A stretch of DNA of 61,114 nt, counting the filler. It is 4 parts of 4 records of this genome, joined end to end, with 100 filler letters (N's around TTAATTAATTAA, not from the genome) between each part and the next. Parts side by side here need not be neighbours in the genome. Positions count along the whole stretch, not along the records: positions 34,894 to 61,114 come from SRR31147125_16857; 3 more parts are not named here. One strand, given 5' to 3'. This document shows, piece by piece, positions 49,227-59,567 of the stretch; positions within the stretch are counted from its first letter, which is position 1, and every line of letters starts with the position of its first letter. The notes under the pieces are model-generated. The model made no database searches. It saw only the letters and a list, made by a program, of their open reading frames with translations, and was not told the origin of the DNA. The translations under genes and the position numbers were made by a program.

Positions 49227-50246
49227 TTAATCTGCCAGTATTTTTTCTGTTTTACCTGTTTTATTGATTTGGCTCAGACTGATACCTTCTTTGGAGATCA
49301 GGATTAATCCTAAAAGCAGCACGGGTACAAAATTAAGACCGTGCATAACAAATGCAAAACTCAATGCTGGTGATTCCGGAACACCGAAAAATCCAAGCGA
49401 AAGCTGGCAAAGGTAGTGATATGTGCCAACATAGCCCGGGGAAGAAGGCACGAGCACGCTTATTGTTGTTACAACAAGCAAAACAAGAGACGTGGTCCAG
49501 GGCAGGCTGTAAAAATTAATAAAGTCAAAAGAGGACAGGATAATCTGAAAGATATAACCATAACAGGCCCAAATCAGGATTGAAAGGACACTGACAATCA
49601 TATAATCCCGTTTTTTATGCAATGCCACAATACCATCAAGAAATGAGTAAATAAGGTTTTTTAATTTTGTTTGCAAGCCAGAGGGAATTGGTTTTGTCAG
49701 TTTTGTGAAAATAATCAGGGATCGGTCCCGATAAATTTTCATTAAAACAAGAATCATAAACAAGATCAATATAAAAATAAAACTCAAATAACCACTTTTA
49801 CGTACCCAATCTGGAAATGGAAATACGATCATTGTTAATGCCATGAGTAAAATCAGAGCAAATACATCAACAATACGTTCGATGACAATAGTGCCAAACA
49901 CGGCACTTGCGGATATGGGTTTTCGTTTTCCGACAATGTAAGCTCTGAGGAATTCACCCAGATGAGCCGGGAGAAATGCATTTGCCATATAGCCGATCAT
50001 AAGGGATGTGAATAGCGTACCCATCTCAATTTTTTGGATTGGTTTTAGCAGATACTGCCAGCGCAGTGCGCGCATCCAGTGGCTTAAAAACATTATTAAA
50101 ATGGCCGGAATGATATAAAGATATTTAGCTTTAGCAAAAGCCTCCTTCATACTGCCAAAATCAACCTGGCGAAACGCCAGATACATAAAGATAATACTTA
50201 AAACTATTCCAGCTGTTAATTGCCAATTTTTTGTTAATGATTTCAT
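49227..50246 (-). CDS. Lysylphosphatidylglycerol synthase TM-domain (UPF0104/AglD-like) membrane protein
   Basis: RALRWQYLL, NAFLPAHLGEFLR, IERIVD, PSSPGYVGTY. Confidence 0.9.
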   Translation of the reverse strand: MKSLTKNWQLTAGIVLSIIFMYLAFRQVDFGSMKEAFAKAKYLYIIPAILIMFLSHWMRALRWQYLLKPIQKIEMGTLFTSLMIGYMANAFLPAHLGEFLRAYIVGKRKPISASAVFGTIVIERIVDVFALILLMALTMIVFPFPDWVRKSGYLSFIFILILFMILVLMKIYRDRSLIIFTKLTKPIPSGLQTKLKNLIYSFLDGIVALHKKRDYMIVSVLSILIWACYGYIFQIILSSFDFINFYSLPWTTSLVLLVVTTISVLVPSSPGYVGTYHYLCQLSLGFFGVPESPALSFAFVMHGLNFVPVLLLGLILISKEGISLSQINKTGKTEKILAD

Positions 50247-50632
50247 TTCGTACCTTGAAGAATTCTGAGGTAAGTTTATGGAGATAACGATAAATTATCT
50301 GAAAAAATTTCCAAAACACTGTTTATCAAATTTAATTTAATCAAAATCAATAAAATTAACAAGATAAAAATTATTTTCAACTTGATTTCGCTATTCTTAT
50401 TAATTATATTAAAATTAGTATTGAATGTTGATCCGAATGTCACAAAGCTTTCGAAATCTGGATAATAATTGTAAAAATCCGAATAAAATACAATAACCAT
50501 CTGTTGATTTAAATGTTAGATGAAAATGGTTTTGCTTGCCAGTTTGAATTTCCCCGTTATGGATGTTGTTAAAAAAGTATCCAGCTTGTAATTGTCAATG
50601 AACATTACATACAATAACCAAGAGAGATAATA

Positions 50633-51323
50633 ATGATTAAAATTGAAAGGCACAATCAGAAGGGCCGTTTGATTGCTGTAGAAGGTTTGGATGGATCCGA
50701 AATCGACTCAAATCTATCTGTTAAAGCGCTGGCTGGAAATGGAAGGTTATAAAGTTTATTTTACGGAATGGAATTCCTCCCTGATGGTTAAAAAGGCAAC
50801 CAAAAAAGGGAAAAAACGGCAGCTTTTGACACCGACAACGTTTTCTCTGATCCACTGCACTGATTTCGCAGATCGTTATGAAAGGCAGATTTGGCCACTT
50901 TTATGTGCCGGCTATATTGTTTTGGCGGATCGATATTTTTTTACAGCGTTTGCGCGTGATGTAGTGCGTGGCTGCGATCCGGAATGGGTTAAAACGAATT
51001 ACTGCTTTGCGACTCGTCCTGATATTACTTTTTATTTTAAAGTAGATCCGAAAACGGCAATTGGTCGCATTTTAGAAGGAAGGCCGACATTAAAATATCA
51101 TGAAGCTGGCATGGACCTGGATTTAGATCCGGATCCTTATAAAAGTTTTGGTATATTTCAAGGTAGAATAAATGATGCTTATCAACAGATGGTTGATGAA
51201 TTTCAATTTACCGTCATTGATGCCAGTCAGCCGGCTGATACACAACAACAGCAAGTTCGTCAAATGGTAAAAGAGCGGATTGATTTGCCTGCTTTTAAGT
51301 GGAGAGTAAGGAGAAGCTCATGA
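50633..51323 (+). CDS. Thymidylate-kinase-like protein 1 (candidate PPK3 subunit)
   Basis: From ATG 50633 MIKIERHNQKGRLIAVEGLDGS, a frameshift in the P-loop near 50697-50703, then KSTQ...LADRY. Confidence 0.85.
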
Positions 51324-52000
51324 GATTTTATGGAAAAGGATTACCAAAGGTCAATCCTGAAGAATTGACTGGTAAGCTTATTGTTTTAGAGGGTGCTGAT
51401 GGTTCCGGGCGTTCGACTCAGATCAGACTTATTACAGATTGGCTGGAGGGGCGAGGGCATGCGACGTTGAATGTCGGGCTAAAGCGATCAAATCTGGTGA
51501 GTGCTGAACTGGATCAGGCTATGAATGGTAATGTTTTAAGCCCCTTGACGCTCAGTTTGTTTTATGCAACAGATTTTGCGGATCAACTGGAGAACAGAAT
51601 TATACCTGCTTTAAGGTCTGGTTTTATTGTTGTTGCAGATCGGTATATTTATACGTTAATGGCGCGTGAAATAGTACGTGGTGGCAATAAAGCGTGGATC
51701 AAATCTCTTTACAGTATAGCTCTTGTCCCGGACATTGTGTTTTATCTCAATGTCTCCCCGAGATTTTTAGTAGAACGGAATTTTCAGAAAAATGCAAGTC
51801 TGGATTATTGGGAATCAGGGATGGATTATCGCAGTTCAAGAGATCTATTTGAAAATTTTATTCGGCACCAACGAAAAATGAAATTAGAATTTAATAATTT
51901 ACGAGAGAGTTACGAGTTTGAAGTGATTAATGGCAACCGTTCTCCACGGGCTATTGCGATGGAAATTCAGAAAAAAATTGAAAAGTTGTTGATAGAATAA
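51320..52000 (+). CDS. Thymidylate-kinase-like protein 2 (candidate PPK3 subunit, P-loop K to R)
   Basis: LIVLEGADGSGRSTQ, VADRY; ATGA overlap with the preceding paralogue. Confidence 0.88.
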   Translation: MRFYGKGLPKVNPEELTGKLIVLEGADGSGRSTQIRLITDWLEGRGHATLNVGLKRSNLVSAELDQAMNGNVLSPLTLSLFYATDFADQLENRIIPALRSGFIVVADRYIYTLMAREIVRGGNKAWIKSLYSIALVPDIVFYLNVSPRFLVERNFQKNASLDYWESGMDYRSSRDLFENFIRHQRKMKLEFNNLRESYEFEVINGNRSPRAIAMEIQKKIEKLLIE

Positions 52001-52038
52001 TTCATTGACAAGTATTGATTTGATACGGGACGAATTTC

Positions 52039-52380
52039 ATGGTTTCTCCCAAAACAACTCATCAGTTAGATAAAGAAGCCGAATTACTACAAAATAACCT
52101 TCTTGAAGAGTTGACTAGTATTCGGGGACTGTTTACAGATATTTTGGAGCGCTTTCAATCCAATATCGAAGCAGAAATGGTTGCTTGCATTCATATTCTT
52201 TCAACTGAAGAGCATGAAGATGAAAAACCCGGGTTATTGGAGGATATCAAACAGCTCAGAATGATGTTGTTGTCCATACAAGAACTCAAGCTAAAGCCGA
52301 AAAAAGGGAGATTAAAAGACATTCGTAGAATTCAGGATGTCATTAATACACTATATTCAAAATTAATCGAACATGATTAA
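52039..52380 (+). CDS. Hypothetical helical protein with basic C-terminal patch
   Basis: 113 aa, co-oriented between the kinase pair and ppx; KLKPKKGRLKDIRR. Confidence 0.75.
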   Translation: MVSPKTTHQLDKEAELLQNNLLEELTSIRGLFTDILERFQSNIEAEMVACIHILSTEEHEDEKPGLLEDIKQLRMMLLSIQELKLKPKKGRLKDIRRIQDVINTLYSKLIEHD

Positions 52381-52481
52381 TTCCATAAAAACGTGCAGAA
52401 AATGGTGTAAAGTGCATTTATTTTTCTGAAATTACAGCTCATGTAAGTGGGGGACTTGAAAATAATCTTAATTTATATTTC

Positions 52482-53395
52482 ATGAAAACAATGAAACGTA
52501 AAGCTTCAATTGATATTGGTACAAATTCAACCCGTTTACTTTTGGCAGAAATGGATGAATCTTCAGGCCGCGTGACTCCTCTCAAGATGGAGGAACGAAT
52601 CACTCGCCTGGGAGACGGATTCGATCCTTATGGTAATTTATCTGATGAGGCCATGCAACGTGTCTGCCTGGTCATCGAAGAATATAAAACGATAGCGAAT
52701 AAAATGGGGATTAGTGAGTTTCATGCCATAGCAACCAGTGCGACTCGCGATGCAAAAAATCAGGATTTCTTTCTGAATCGTCTTGGTTCCATTCTGGGTT
52801 CCAGCTGTCACGTGTTGAGTGGGGATGAGGAAGCCCGGCTATCCTATTTGGGGGCTGTCAGTGATTTAACCAGAGATGGACATATTCTTGTCGTTGATAT
52901 TGGGGGCGGTAGTACAGAGTTTATATTTGGCACAAGGCATAAAAGTCTATTCACAAAGAGCCTGGATATCGGCAGCAGGCGTTTACATAATTTGTTTTTG
53001 AAAAGTGATCCGGTAAATTCTGATGAAATAGGTGTTTTGCACGAATTCTTAAATAATGAGATGAAGAAATATTTAGCAGCTTTTCCATCACAAGTAAACC
53101 AGTGTATATGCCTCGGAGGAACAGCAACTACGCTGGGAATGATGGATGCCGGCATACGTATCACTGAAGCGGAAAAAGTGTACAGTCACGATCTTACACG
53201 TGCTAATCTGGAAAAACTGATCCATGAACTAACTTTAAAATCTATTCAAGAAAGAAAAAATATCATCGGTTTAAATCCGGATCGTGCAGATGTGATTTTG
53301 GCTGGTGCATTGATATTACAAGCCATATTGATTTTTTTCATTTGAATAAAACCACAACAAGTATCCGTGATCTTTTATTTGGTGTTTTGTTTTAG
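52482..53395 (+). CDS. ppx: Ppx/GppA family exopolyphosphatase (short form, no HD domain)
   Basis: IDIGTNSTRL, ATSATRDA, EEARLSY, DIGGGSTE, RADVILAG; the C-terminal SIRDLLFG lies in a shifted frame after ~53330 and stops at 53395. Confidence 0.92.
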
Positions 53396-53579
53396 CAGCA
53401 CCTTATATTAACAAACAATCGTTTACAGATTCCTCGAAATAAAGAGTTTACTGGATCCGCACCCTTTTTCAATTTCAAATCTGTCACTTCTCACCCGAAT
53501 TCATCATCCCCTAGGCTTTATTAAAAAACATAACAAATGTCTGTATCGGATAAGGTGCTGGCTTTGCATACATGTGTCT

Positions 53580-55493
53580 TTATTCTACTATTGGTAAAAA
53601 TGGAAGCGCTGTCAGGATTTTTTCCTTTTGTGATAGTGTGCCCAGATGCATGAGATAGGCAATCTGAGTGATGCTTGATTGTGGTAACATGTTCCATAAT
53701 GGAGTTTGAACCACAAAATTGGATCCAAATTTATTTATTTGCTTTGCTTGAGTAATGTATCGTAATAATTTTAAAAGTGAACCAAAGGAATCTTCAGGTT
53801 CAGGATAGAACTTGACGCGGACCTGCTGGTCTTGCGGGATGTCAAGCCGGCGTTTGACAATATTGATTGTGGTTTGTAAACCACCCAGAGTATCCACTAA
53901 ACCAACCTTGTAAGCATCTTGTCCAGTCCAGACTTTTCCCCGGGCGAGATGTCGTGCCTGGGCATATGAGATGTGCCGTCTTTCAGCAACACGTTCAACA
54001 AAGCGGCGATATACTTTTTCAGAAAGAGAATAAAATTTATTCTTATCTCTTTGGGAAAATGGCAGGAATGGATTAATAAAAAGGGAGGATGGATTTGTTG
54101 CCATCGTATCCACAGTGGCGTCAATTTTATCCAATGTGCCGGAAAAATTGGGTATGATGCTAATAACACCTATCGAACCAGTAATCGTAGCCGGATGAGC
54201 GATAATAGAATCACATGCCATGGCCAGATAGTAACCACCAGATGCCGCTACATCACTCATAGAAGCGTAAACCGGTTTCATTTTTGATGTTTTAAGAATT
54301 TCATCCCATATAGCATCTGATGCCAGGACTGAGCCTCCCGGACTATCGAGGCGCAGGATAATGGCTTTAATTTTTTTGTCTTCACGTGCTTTGCGAAGGT
54401 AACGAATAAAAGAACGGGATGCGATCAAGGATTCCTCAAACGGACCCATGTCACCGCTATCCCCACTGACAATCGTACCTGATCCATAAATAACACAAAT
54501 TTGTTTATCGCTGGCGACGTGCGCTGTTTTCCGAAAAGCAGCACTGTTTTTATAAGCAGCCAAACTGATCGTACGTAATTTGTCTGAATGATTTATGGCA
54601 TCCGAATTTCCATTTACCCTCTTTTTAATTAAATCTTCTACATCTCCTTCAGGTAATATAGCATCTATAAAACCGTTTTCAAGGATGGCATCTGCTGAAT
54701 AGAGACCCTGGTCTAAAGCGGATTCAATGTGGCTGAGGGAAAGTTCTCTGGACCGGGCAATTGCGTTCGTCAGGATTTTGTAACGCTGGTCAAGAATCTC
54801 TTTTAAATTTTTGCGAGCTGGTTCACTAAAGTTAAATCTATCATAGGTTTCACCGGCAGATTTGAATTCTTCAAATTGTTGGACATAAAAATCAACGCCA
54901 AGTTTACTATAGGTGCCTTTGAGAAAAAGTCCTGCTATGGCGAATCCGTTTAACTCCATTATGCCTTCGGTGGGCATAAAAAGAGAATCAGCCACAGAAG
55001 CCAGATAATAGTCTGATTCTCTGCCGATTTCAATAAATGCATAGATGAATTTACCACTTTTTTTGAAATCCAGCAGGGCGTCTCTAATTTCAATAATTTT
55101 AGCAAAACCTGCGTGAATATCACCACCCTTGATATAAATTCCTACTATATTGTCATCATTTTTCGCTTTTTTTATGGCTGTAATTGTATTGAGAAAATTA
55201 ACATTGTTCTCATCTGTTGAGCTCAGAAAAGCCAGGGGATCAGAGGGCGCATATTCTTCGAGAGTTCCAGGCACATTCAGACGCAAAACAGTATTTGGTT
55301 TTACAGTGACAGGTTTGCTCTTCCATGCTGTACCAAACAGAACAAAAAATCCGAAAATCAAAATAAAAAACCCAGCGAAAAAAATGCCAAATATAGCCAG
55401 TAAGAGAATCCACCAGCGGCTTTTTCGCTTTTTAGGACGTTTTGCATTTCTTGTAGATGGATCTTGCTGTATGAAATTGTCAGATGATGTCAT
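53580..55493 (-). CDS. sppA: Signal peptide peptidase SppA (long, 67K type)
   Basis: FKSAGE, LRLDSPGGS, AASGGYY, ITGSIGV, GKVWTG. Confidence 0.95.
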   Translation of the reverse strand: MTSSDNFIQQDPSTRNAKRPKKRKSRWWILLLAIFGIFFAGFFILIFGFFVLFGTAWKSKPVTVKPNTVLRLNVPGTLEEYAPSDPLAFLSSTDENNVNFLNTITAIKKAKNDDNIVGIYIKGGDIHAGFAKIIEIRDALLDFKKSGKFIYAFIEIGRESDYYLASVADSLFMPTEGIMELNGFAIAGLFLKGTYSKLGVDFYVQQFEEFKSAGETYDRFNFSEPARKNLKEILDQRYKILTNAIARSRELSLSHIESALDQGLYSADAILENGFIDAILPEGDVEDLIKKRVNGNSDAINHSDKLRTISLAAYKNSAAFRKTAHVASDKQICVIYGSGTIVSGDSGDMGPFEESLIASRSFIRYLRKAREDKKIKAIILRLDSPGGSVLASDAIWDEILKTSKMKPVYASMSDVAASGGYYLAMACDSIIAHPATITGSIGVISIIPNFSGTLDKIDATVDTMATNPSSLFINPFLPFSQRDKNKFYSLSEKVYRRFVERVAERRHISYAQARHLARGKVWTGQDAYKVGLVDTLGGLQTTINIVKRRLDIPQDQQVRVKFYPEPEDSFGSLLKLLRYITQAKQINKFGSNFVVQTPLWNMLPQSSITQIAYLMHLGTLSQKEKILTALPFLPIVE

Positions 55494-55608
55494 TAAATGA
55501 ACTCCTTAATGAAGGATCGTATATTTTTAGTGATATATTATAAAATAAAATCATTATGAATAAAATAATATTTCAGATTTAATTATCAAAGAATTAGTTT
55601 TGCGCTGG

Positions 55609-56811
55609 TTAAAAATGCAATTCCGTAGCGAGTTCCATGGATTTATCCTGGATTTTTCCGGTTTTGGTATCTTTAGAAGCATCTACATCCAACAGGATGT
55701 TAAAGCCTGGATAAACGTGATAAGCCACACCGGCAATATAACGATGAAAGTGACCAACGTCCAGATTTTTATTTCCATCCAGATAGTCAAATCGTCCTAT
55801 AATACTCCATTTCTGATGCGCCATTTTATATTCTCCAAACAAGGAGTAGCCCAATCGATGTAAAGACTCACCATATTCATTGAGAGCCGAGCCCGCAGAA
55901 TTACCGCGCCCGGTAAAATAAGTGGCTGTAAAAACAACATTTTGCTGCTCCCATGATAAAAACGCTGTGTTTAAAGTCCAGTCCGGAGAAAACGATGTAT
56001 TTCCTTTACCATAAACACCCTGATAACTTAGCTGTAATCCCGGAAACTGGAGAGGAAAAGGGCGAATGGTTACTCTTCCCTCCAGTGTTTTATTTTCATT
56101 TTCTTCTGTAGCGTGATAACCACCCCCATTGTAAATTCCGAAAGCGATGCTGCCAAATTTTCCCGGATTGGATTTATTTACTTTTTGTTGATACTCCTTA
56201 TTCATTTCTCCTCCCAGGAGAGAAACAAAAGTGACACCGTAATCTGCAGAATTGAAAACCTTTACGCGTTCCAGAAACATTGTGCCCTGAACCCGATACC
56301 CATTAATGTGCTCTTCAAAATCAAGCCATGGCCTGTGAACCAAACCTGCCTCAATATAGGATTTGGTGAATATGTCTGTACCGGGCAGTGAATATTTAAT
56401 ATAGCAATATTTCAGGCGAAGCTCCATATCCCCTTTTCCGTCACCTTCTCTATCAACAGAAATATCTGATGTTATGCGACCTGACAGCCTGGATGAGAAT
56501 GATTTGTTAATTGTCATGTATCCGCGTTTTAGTTGAAACTGGTTGAAATTGTTTTTATTTGTTTCGCCCATTTGATAGGAAAGGAACCATTGCCCGGAGA
56601 AGGATAACTGGTTTGCACTCAAAAAAGTGGCAACATTATCGCCAGAAGAAGCATTTGAATCCTTTATAATAGTTGAATTTTGTTTAGCCACATTTAAGGC
56701 TGATGTTATACTAACCTTGAAATCTTTATCCAGGTTCGATACGTGTTGTTTTTGCACATCCTGACCATAAATAAAAACAGGTAGCAAGAGCCATATGAAA
56801 TGTTTAATCAT
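55609..56811 (-). CDS. Outer-membrane beta-barrel porin (possibly phosphate-selective OprO/P-like)
   Basis: Signal peptide MIKHFIWLLLPVFIYG, amphipathic strands (FQLKRGY, RLKYCYI, GIYNGGG, GRFDY), terminal Phe (ELHF). Confidence 0.75.
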   Translation of the reverse strand: MIKHFIWLLLPVFIYGQDVQKQHVSNLDKDFKVSITSALNVAKQNSTIIKDSNASSGDNVATFLSANQLSFSGQWFLSYQMGETNKNNFNQFQLKRGYMTINKSFSSRLSGRITSDISVDREGDGKGDMELRLKYCYIKYSLPGTDIFTKSYIEAGLVHRPWLDFEEHINGYRVQGTMFLERVKVFNSADYGVTFVSLLGGEMNKEYQQKVNKSNPGKFGSIAFGIYNGGGYHATEENENKTLEGRVTIRPFPLQFPGLQLSYQGVYGKGNTSFSPDWTLNTAFLSWEQQNVVFTATYFTGRGNSAGSALNEYGESLHRLGYSLFGEYKMAHQKWSIIGRFDYLDGNKNLDVGHFHRYIAGVAYHVYPGFNILLDVDASKDTKTGKIQDKSMELATELHF

Positions 56812-57100
56812 TTTCGGTTCTTTCCACATTTTGGGAGGGTTTCATCCTTTTTCTTTGAATTAAAATTTAACAATTTTATGCTCCAAAAGGAACAAAAATG
56901 TTTGGGTATAGAGTGAGAGTATTGTACACTTTTTCTCAAAAGCCATTGACTTTAGCTAAAGCTGTGAGATAACGTTGTTTTTTTATCAGATTATTATTAA
57001 AGGATACCTTGGAAGATGGTTTTAAAGGATAAAAATGGACATTATGTGTTGAAATGGCTATATTTAAACGTTAATAAAAGATGGATTATGGAGGAGCGTT

Positions 57101-58246
57101 ATGAAAATAGTGCTGGCACCGGACTCTTTTAAAGGCAGCCTGTCCGCGATGCAGGTATGTCAGGCTATGGAAAAGGGTATACGAGGTGTTATTAAAAAAG
57201 TAGAAATTGACAAAATTCCCATGGCTGATGGTGGAGAAGGGACTGTTCATGCGCTTATCTCAGCAACAAAGGGCCGTATAGAGAGGCAGGAGGTTGTTGG
57301 ACCGCTAGGAACGACTGTGACGGCTGAATATGGTATACTGGGAGATGGCCGAACAGCTGTGATAGAAATGGCTGCTGCCTCAGGACTGCCATTAGTACCC
57401 TCCAACCAGCGTAATCCTTTACAAACCACTACCTATGGGACAGGGCAATTGATTTTAGCTGCCCTGAAAAAGGGATGTCAGAAGATTATAATAGGTATAG
57501 GTGGTTCTGCCACGACCGACTGCGGCACCGGAATGGCTCAGGCACTGGGAGTCAGATTTTTCAAAAAGGATGGAAAAAAGATTTCAGATTTTATGAATGG
57601 ATGTTTAATGGATCAGGTTCGTCGTCTGGATATGTCCGGTTTACATCCGCACGTCAAACAATGTGATATAACGGTTGCCTGTGACGTGGATAATCCCTTG
57701 TTAGGGGAACGGGGAGCTGTTATGGTTTACTCCCGTCAGAAAGGAGCAAACGAGAAACAATTACATGTTTTAGAAGAAAATATGATTCACATAATTGATG
57801 TGATTGAAGGGGAAATCGGGTATTCTATTCGGGATAAATCCGGAGCCGGAGCAGCCGGAGGTTTAGGTGCCGGTTTGATGGCATTTATGCAGGCCAGTCT
57901 GGAGTCCGGTGTGGAACTCGTGCTTAAAGCTTGTGACTTTAGGAAAAGGATAGCTAATGCTGATTTGGTTTTAACTGGTGAAGGCAGGGTTGATAATCAA
58001 ACTGCCTATGGTAAAACCATAAGTGGCGTTGTAAGGGAAGCCCGAGAGTTATTAATACCAGTCATTGTTATTGGTGGTAGCATCGGGGATGGAGCTGAAA
58101 ATTTGTACGAAATGGGTGTAACTTCCATGTTTTCGATCTGTCCAGGCCCCATAACTTTGCAGCAGGCAATTGAGCAGTCCGGGGATCTGGTTGTAAAGTG
58201 TACGGAACGAATAATGAGAGTTTTTGCTGCAGGATACAAAAAGTAA
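57101..58246 (+). CDS. glxK: Glycerate kinase
   Basis: APDSFKGSL, ADGGEG, GIGGSAT, GAAGGLG, TGEGR.D.QT..GK. Confidence 0.95.
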   Translation: MKIVLAPDSFKGSLSAMQVCQAMEKGIRGVIKKVEIDKIPMADGGEGTVHALISATKGRIERQEVVGPLGTTVTAEYGILGDGRTAVIEMAAASGLPLVPSNQRNPLQTTTYGTGQLILAALKKGCQKIIIGIGGSATTDCGTGMAQALGVRFFKKDGKKISDFMNGCLMDQVRRLDMSGLHPHVKQCDITVACDVDNPLLGERGAVMVYSRQKGANEKQLHVLEENMIHIIDVIEGEIGYSIRDKSGAGAAGGLGAGLMAFMQASLESGVELVLKACDFRKRIANADLVLTGEGRVDNQTAYGKTISGVVREARELLIPVIVIGGSIGDGAENLYEMGVTSMFSICPGPITLQQAIEQSGDLVVKCTERIMRVFAAGYKK

Positions 58247-58254
58247 GATAAGAT

Positions 58255-58288
58255 TGCTGCGGAAATGATTCAAGATTTTTCCGCAGCA
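58255..58288. terminator. Hairpin between convergent glxK and purC
   Basis: TGCTGCGGAAA...TTTCCGCAGCA. Confidence 0.7.
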
Positions 58289-58301
58289 GTGTTTATTAAA
58301 T

Positions 58302-59099
58302 TTAAACGGTCAGATTACGAAAATTTTCAGTAATTTTTGCAATCGCTTCAAATTTGGAAATGACCTGATCCAGTTTTTCTCCCATTCTATAAGTATCTTT
58401 ATCCAGTCGCCCTGCTGAATTCAGTTCTGTCAGCACGTTATCCTGATCCAGATTCGGATTGTCTTTAGCATATGGCCATAATCTGAATGAGCCTCCTGAA
58501 ATTTCATCGATCAAATAGACCTGGTCTTCGATAATGCCATATTCAAGTTTCATATCTACCAGCTGGATGTTAAAGTGTGCAAACGCTTTTTCAAGAGCCA
58601 GAAAAACCTGAACATTGATGCGCCGCATTTGTTCATATTCGTCAGAGTTTTTATTTTTACCGATGAAATCAATATAACTATCATCCAGCAGAGGATCATG
58701 GAGCGGATCATCTTTATAGTGAAACTGGGTTATCGGAGGATCGTACCGGGTTCCCTCAGTCGCATTTCCCCATTTTAAGATAGAGCCAGTTGCCACTCTT
58801 CTTGTTACCACCTCCAGATTTATTTTGCGATCCAGTTTTTTGACAACAGAAACTTTATCCTCAGGGCTGTCGATATAATGTGTTATTAATCCACATCTAT
58901 TGAGATATTCAAAGATATCCCGATTTGTTTTCCAGTCCACATAAGCTTTGCCTTGAATAATATCGTGTTTCAATCCATCGCCTGCTGTGATATCATCTTT
59001 AAAACGCATATATACCGTTTTAGGATCCGATGGATTCTCATAGATGACTTTGGTTTTTCCCTCTGCGATCAAGTTCAAAGAATCAAAATTAATGGCCAT
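58302..59099 (-). CDS. purC: SAICAR synthetase
   Basis: EGKTKVIY, FKDDITAGDG, LEVVTRRVATGS, YKDDPLHDP, LVDMKLEYG, DEISGGSFRLW. Confidence 0.93.
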   Translation of the reverse strand: MAINFDSLNLIAEGKTKVIYENPSDPKTVYMRFKDDITAGDGLKHDIIQGKAYVDWKTNRDIFEYLNRCGLITHYIDSPEDKVSVVKKLDRKINLEVVTRRVATGSILKWGNATEGTRYDPPITQFHYKDDPLHDPLLDDSYIDFIGKNKNSDEYEQMRRINVQVFLALEKAFAHFNIQLVDMKLEYGIIEDQVYLIDEISGGSFRLWPYAKDNPNLDQDNVLTELNSAGRLDKDTYRMGEKLDQVISKFEAIAKITENFRNLTV

Positions 59100-59567
59100 A
59101 AAAGCCTCCTGGAGTTCGTTTTAATTATTCGATTTCTTTATGCTAATGTAATATTTCAATTTCTTTAATGCAATACCAGAGATAGAAATTTGCATTCTTT
59201 TGTACAAAGAGAGAAAAATTGTACCAGATCATGTCCCGATATTTTAAGGCACTAAAAACCCATAATTGTCCGGTTTTATTTAAGATATAATAAAAAATCT
59301 CCCATATATGGATTATTTACTTGAATTCACTTGACATTTTTATTATTATACCTTAAAACCAGTGGGGAAAAGCTAAACCAATGCCCGGTCATTCACACCT
59401 CTCTTCGTTGATGTGCCATAGAATCATTCCGGAGAAATCTCTCGTCATGTTGACTTTGCGTTTACGCGAGGAATGTTATAACAAATAAAAGTTTTTTTAT
59501 TATTGGAAGGGGAATCTATAGTTCTCATCCTTTTTAAAAATTATAATAATTCCAATGTGATTGGGGG

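Noticed and set aside
59100-59500. Purine-related (ZTP/PRPP) or c-di-GMP riboswitch upstream of purC
   Set aside because: I could not match the conserved cores of these riboswitches on either strand; an Rfam scan would settle it.
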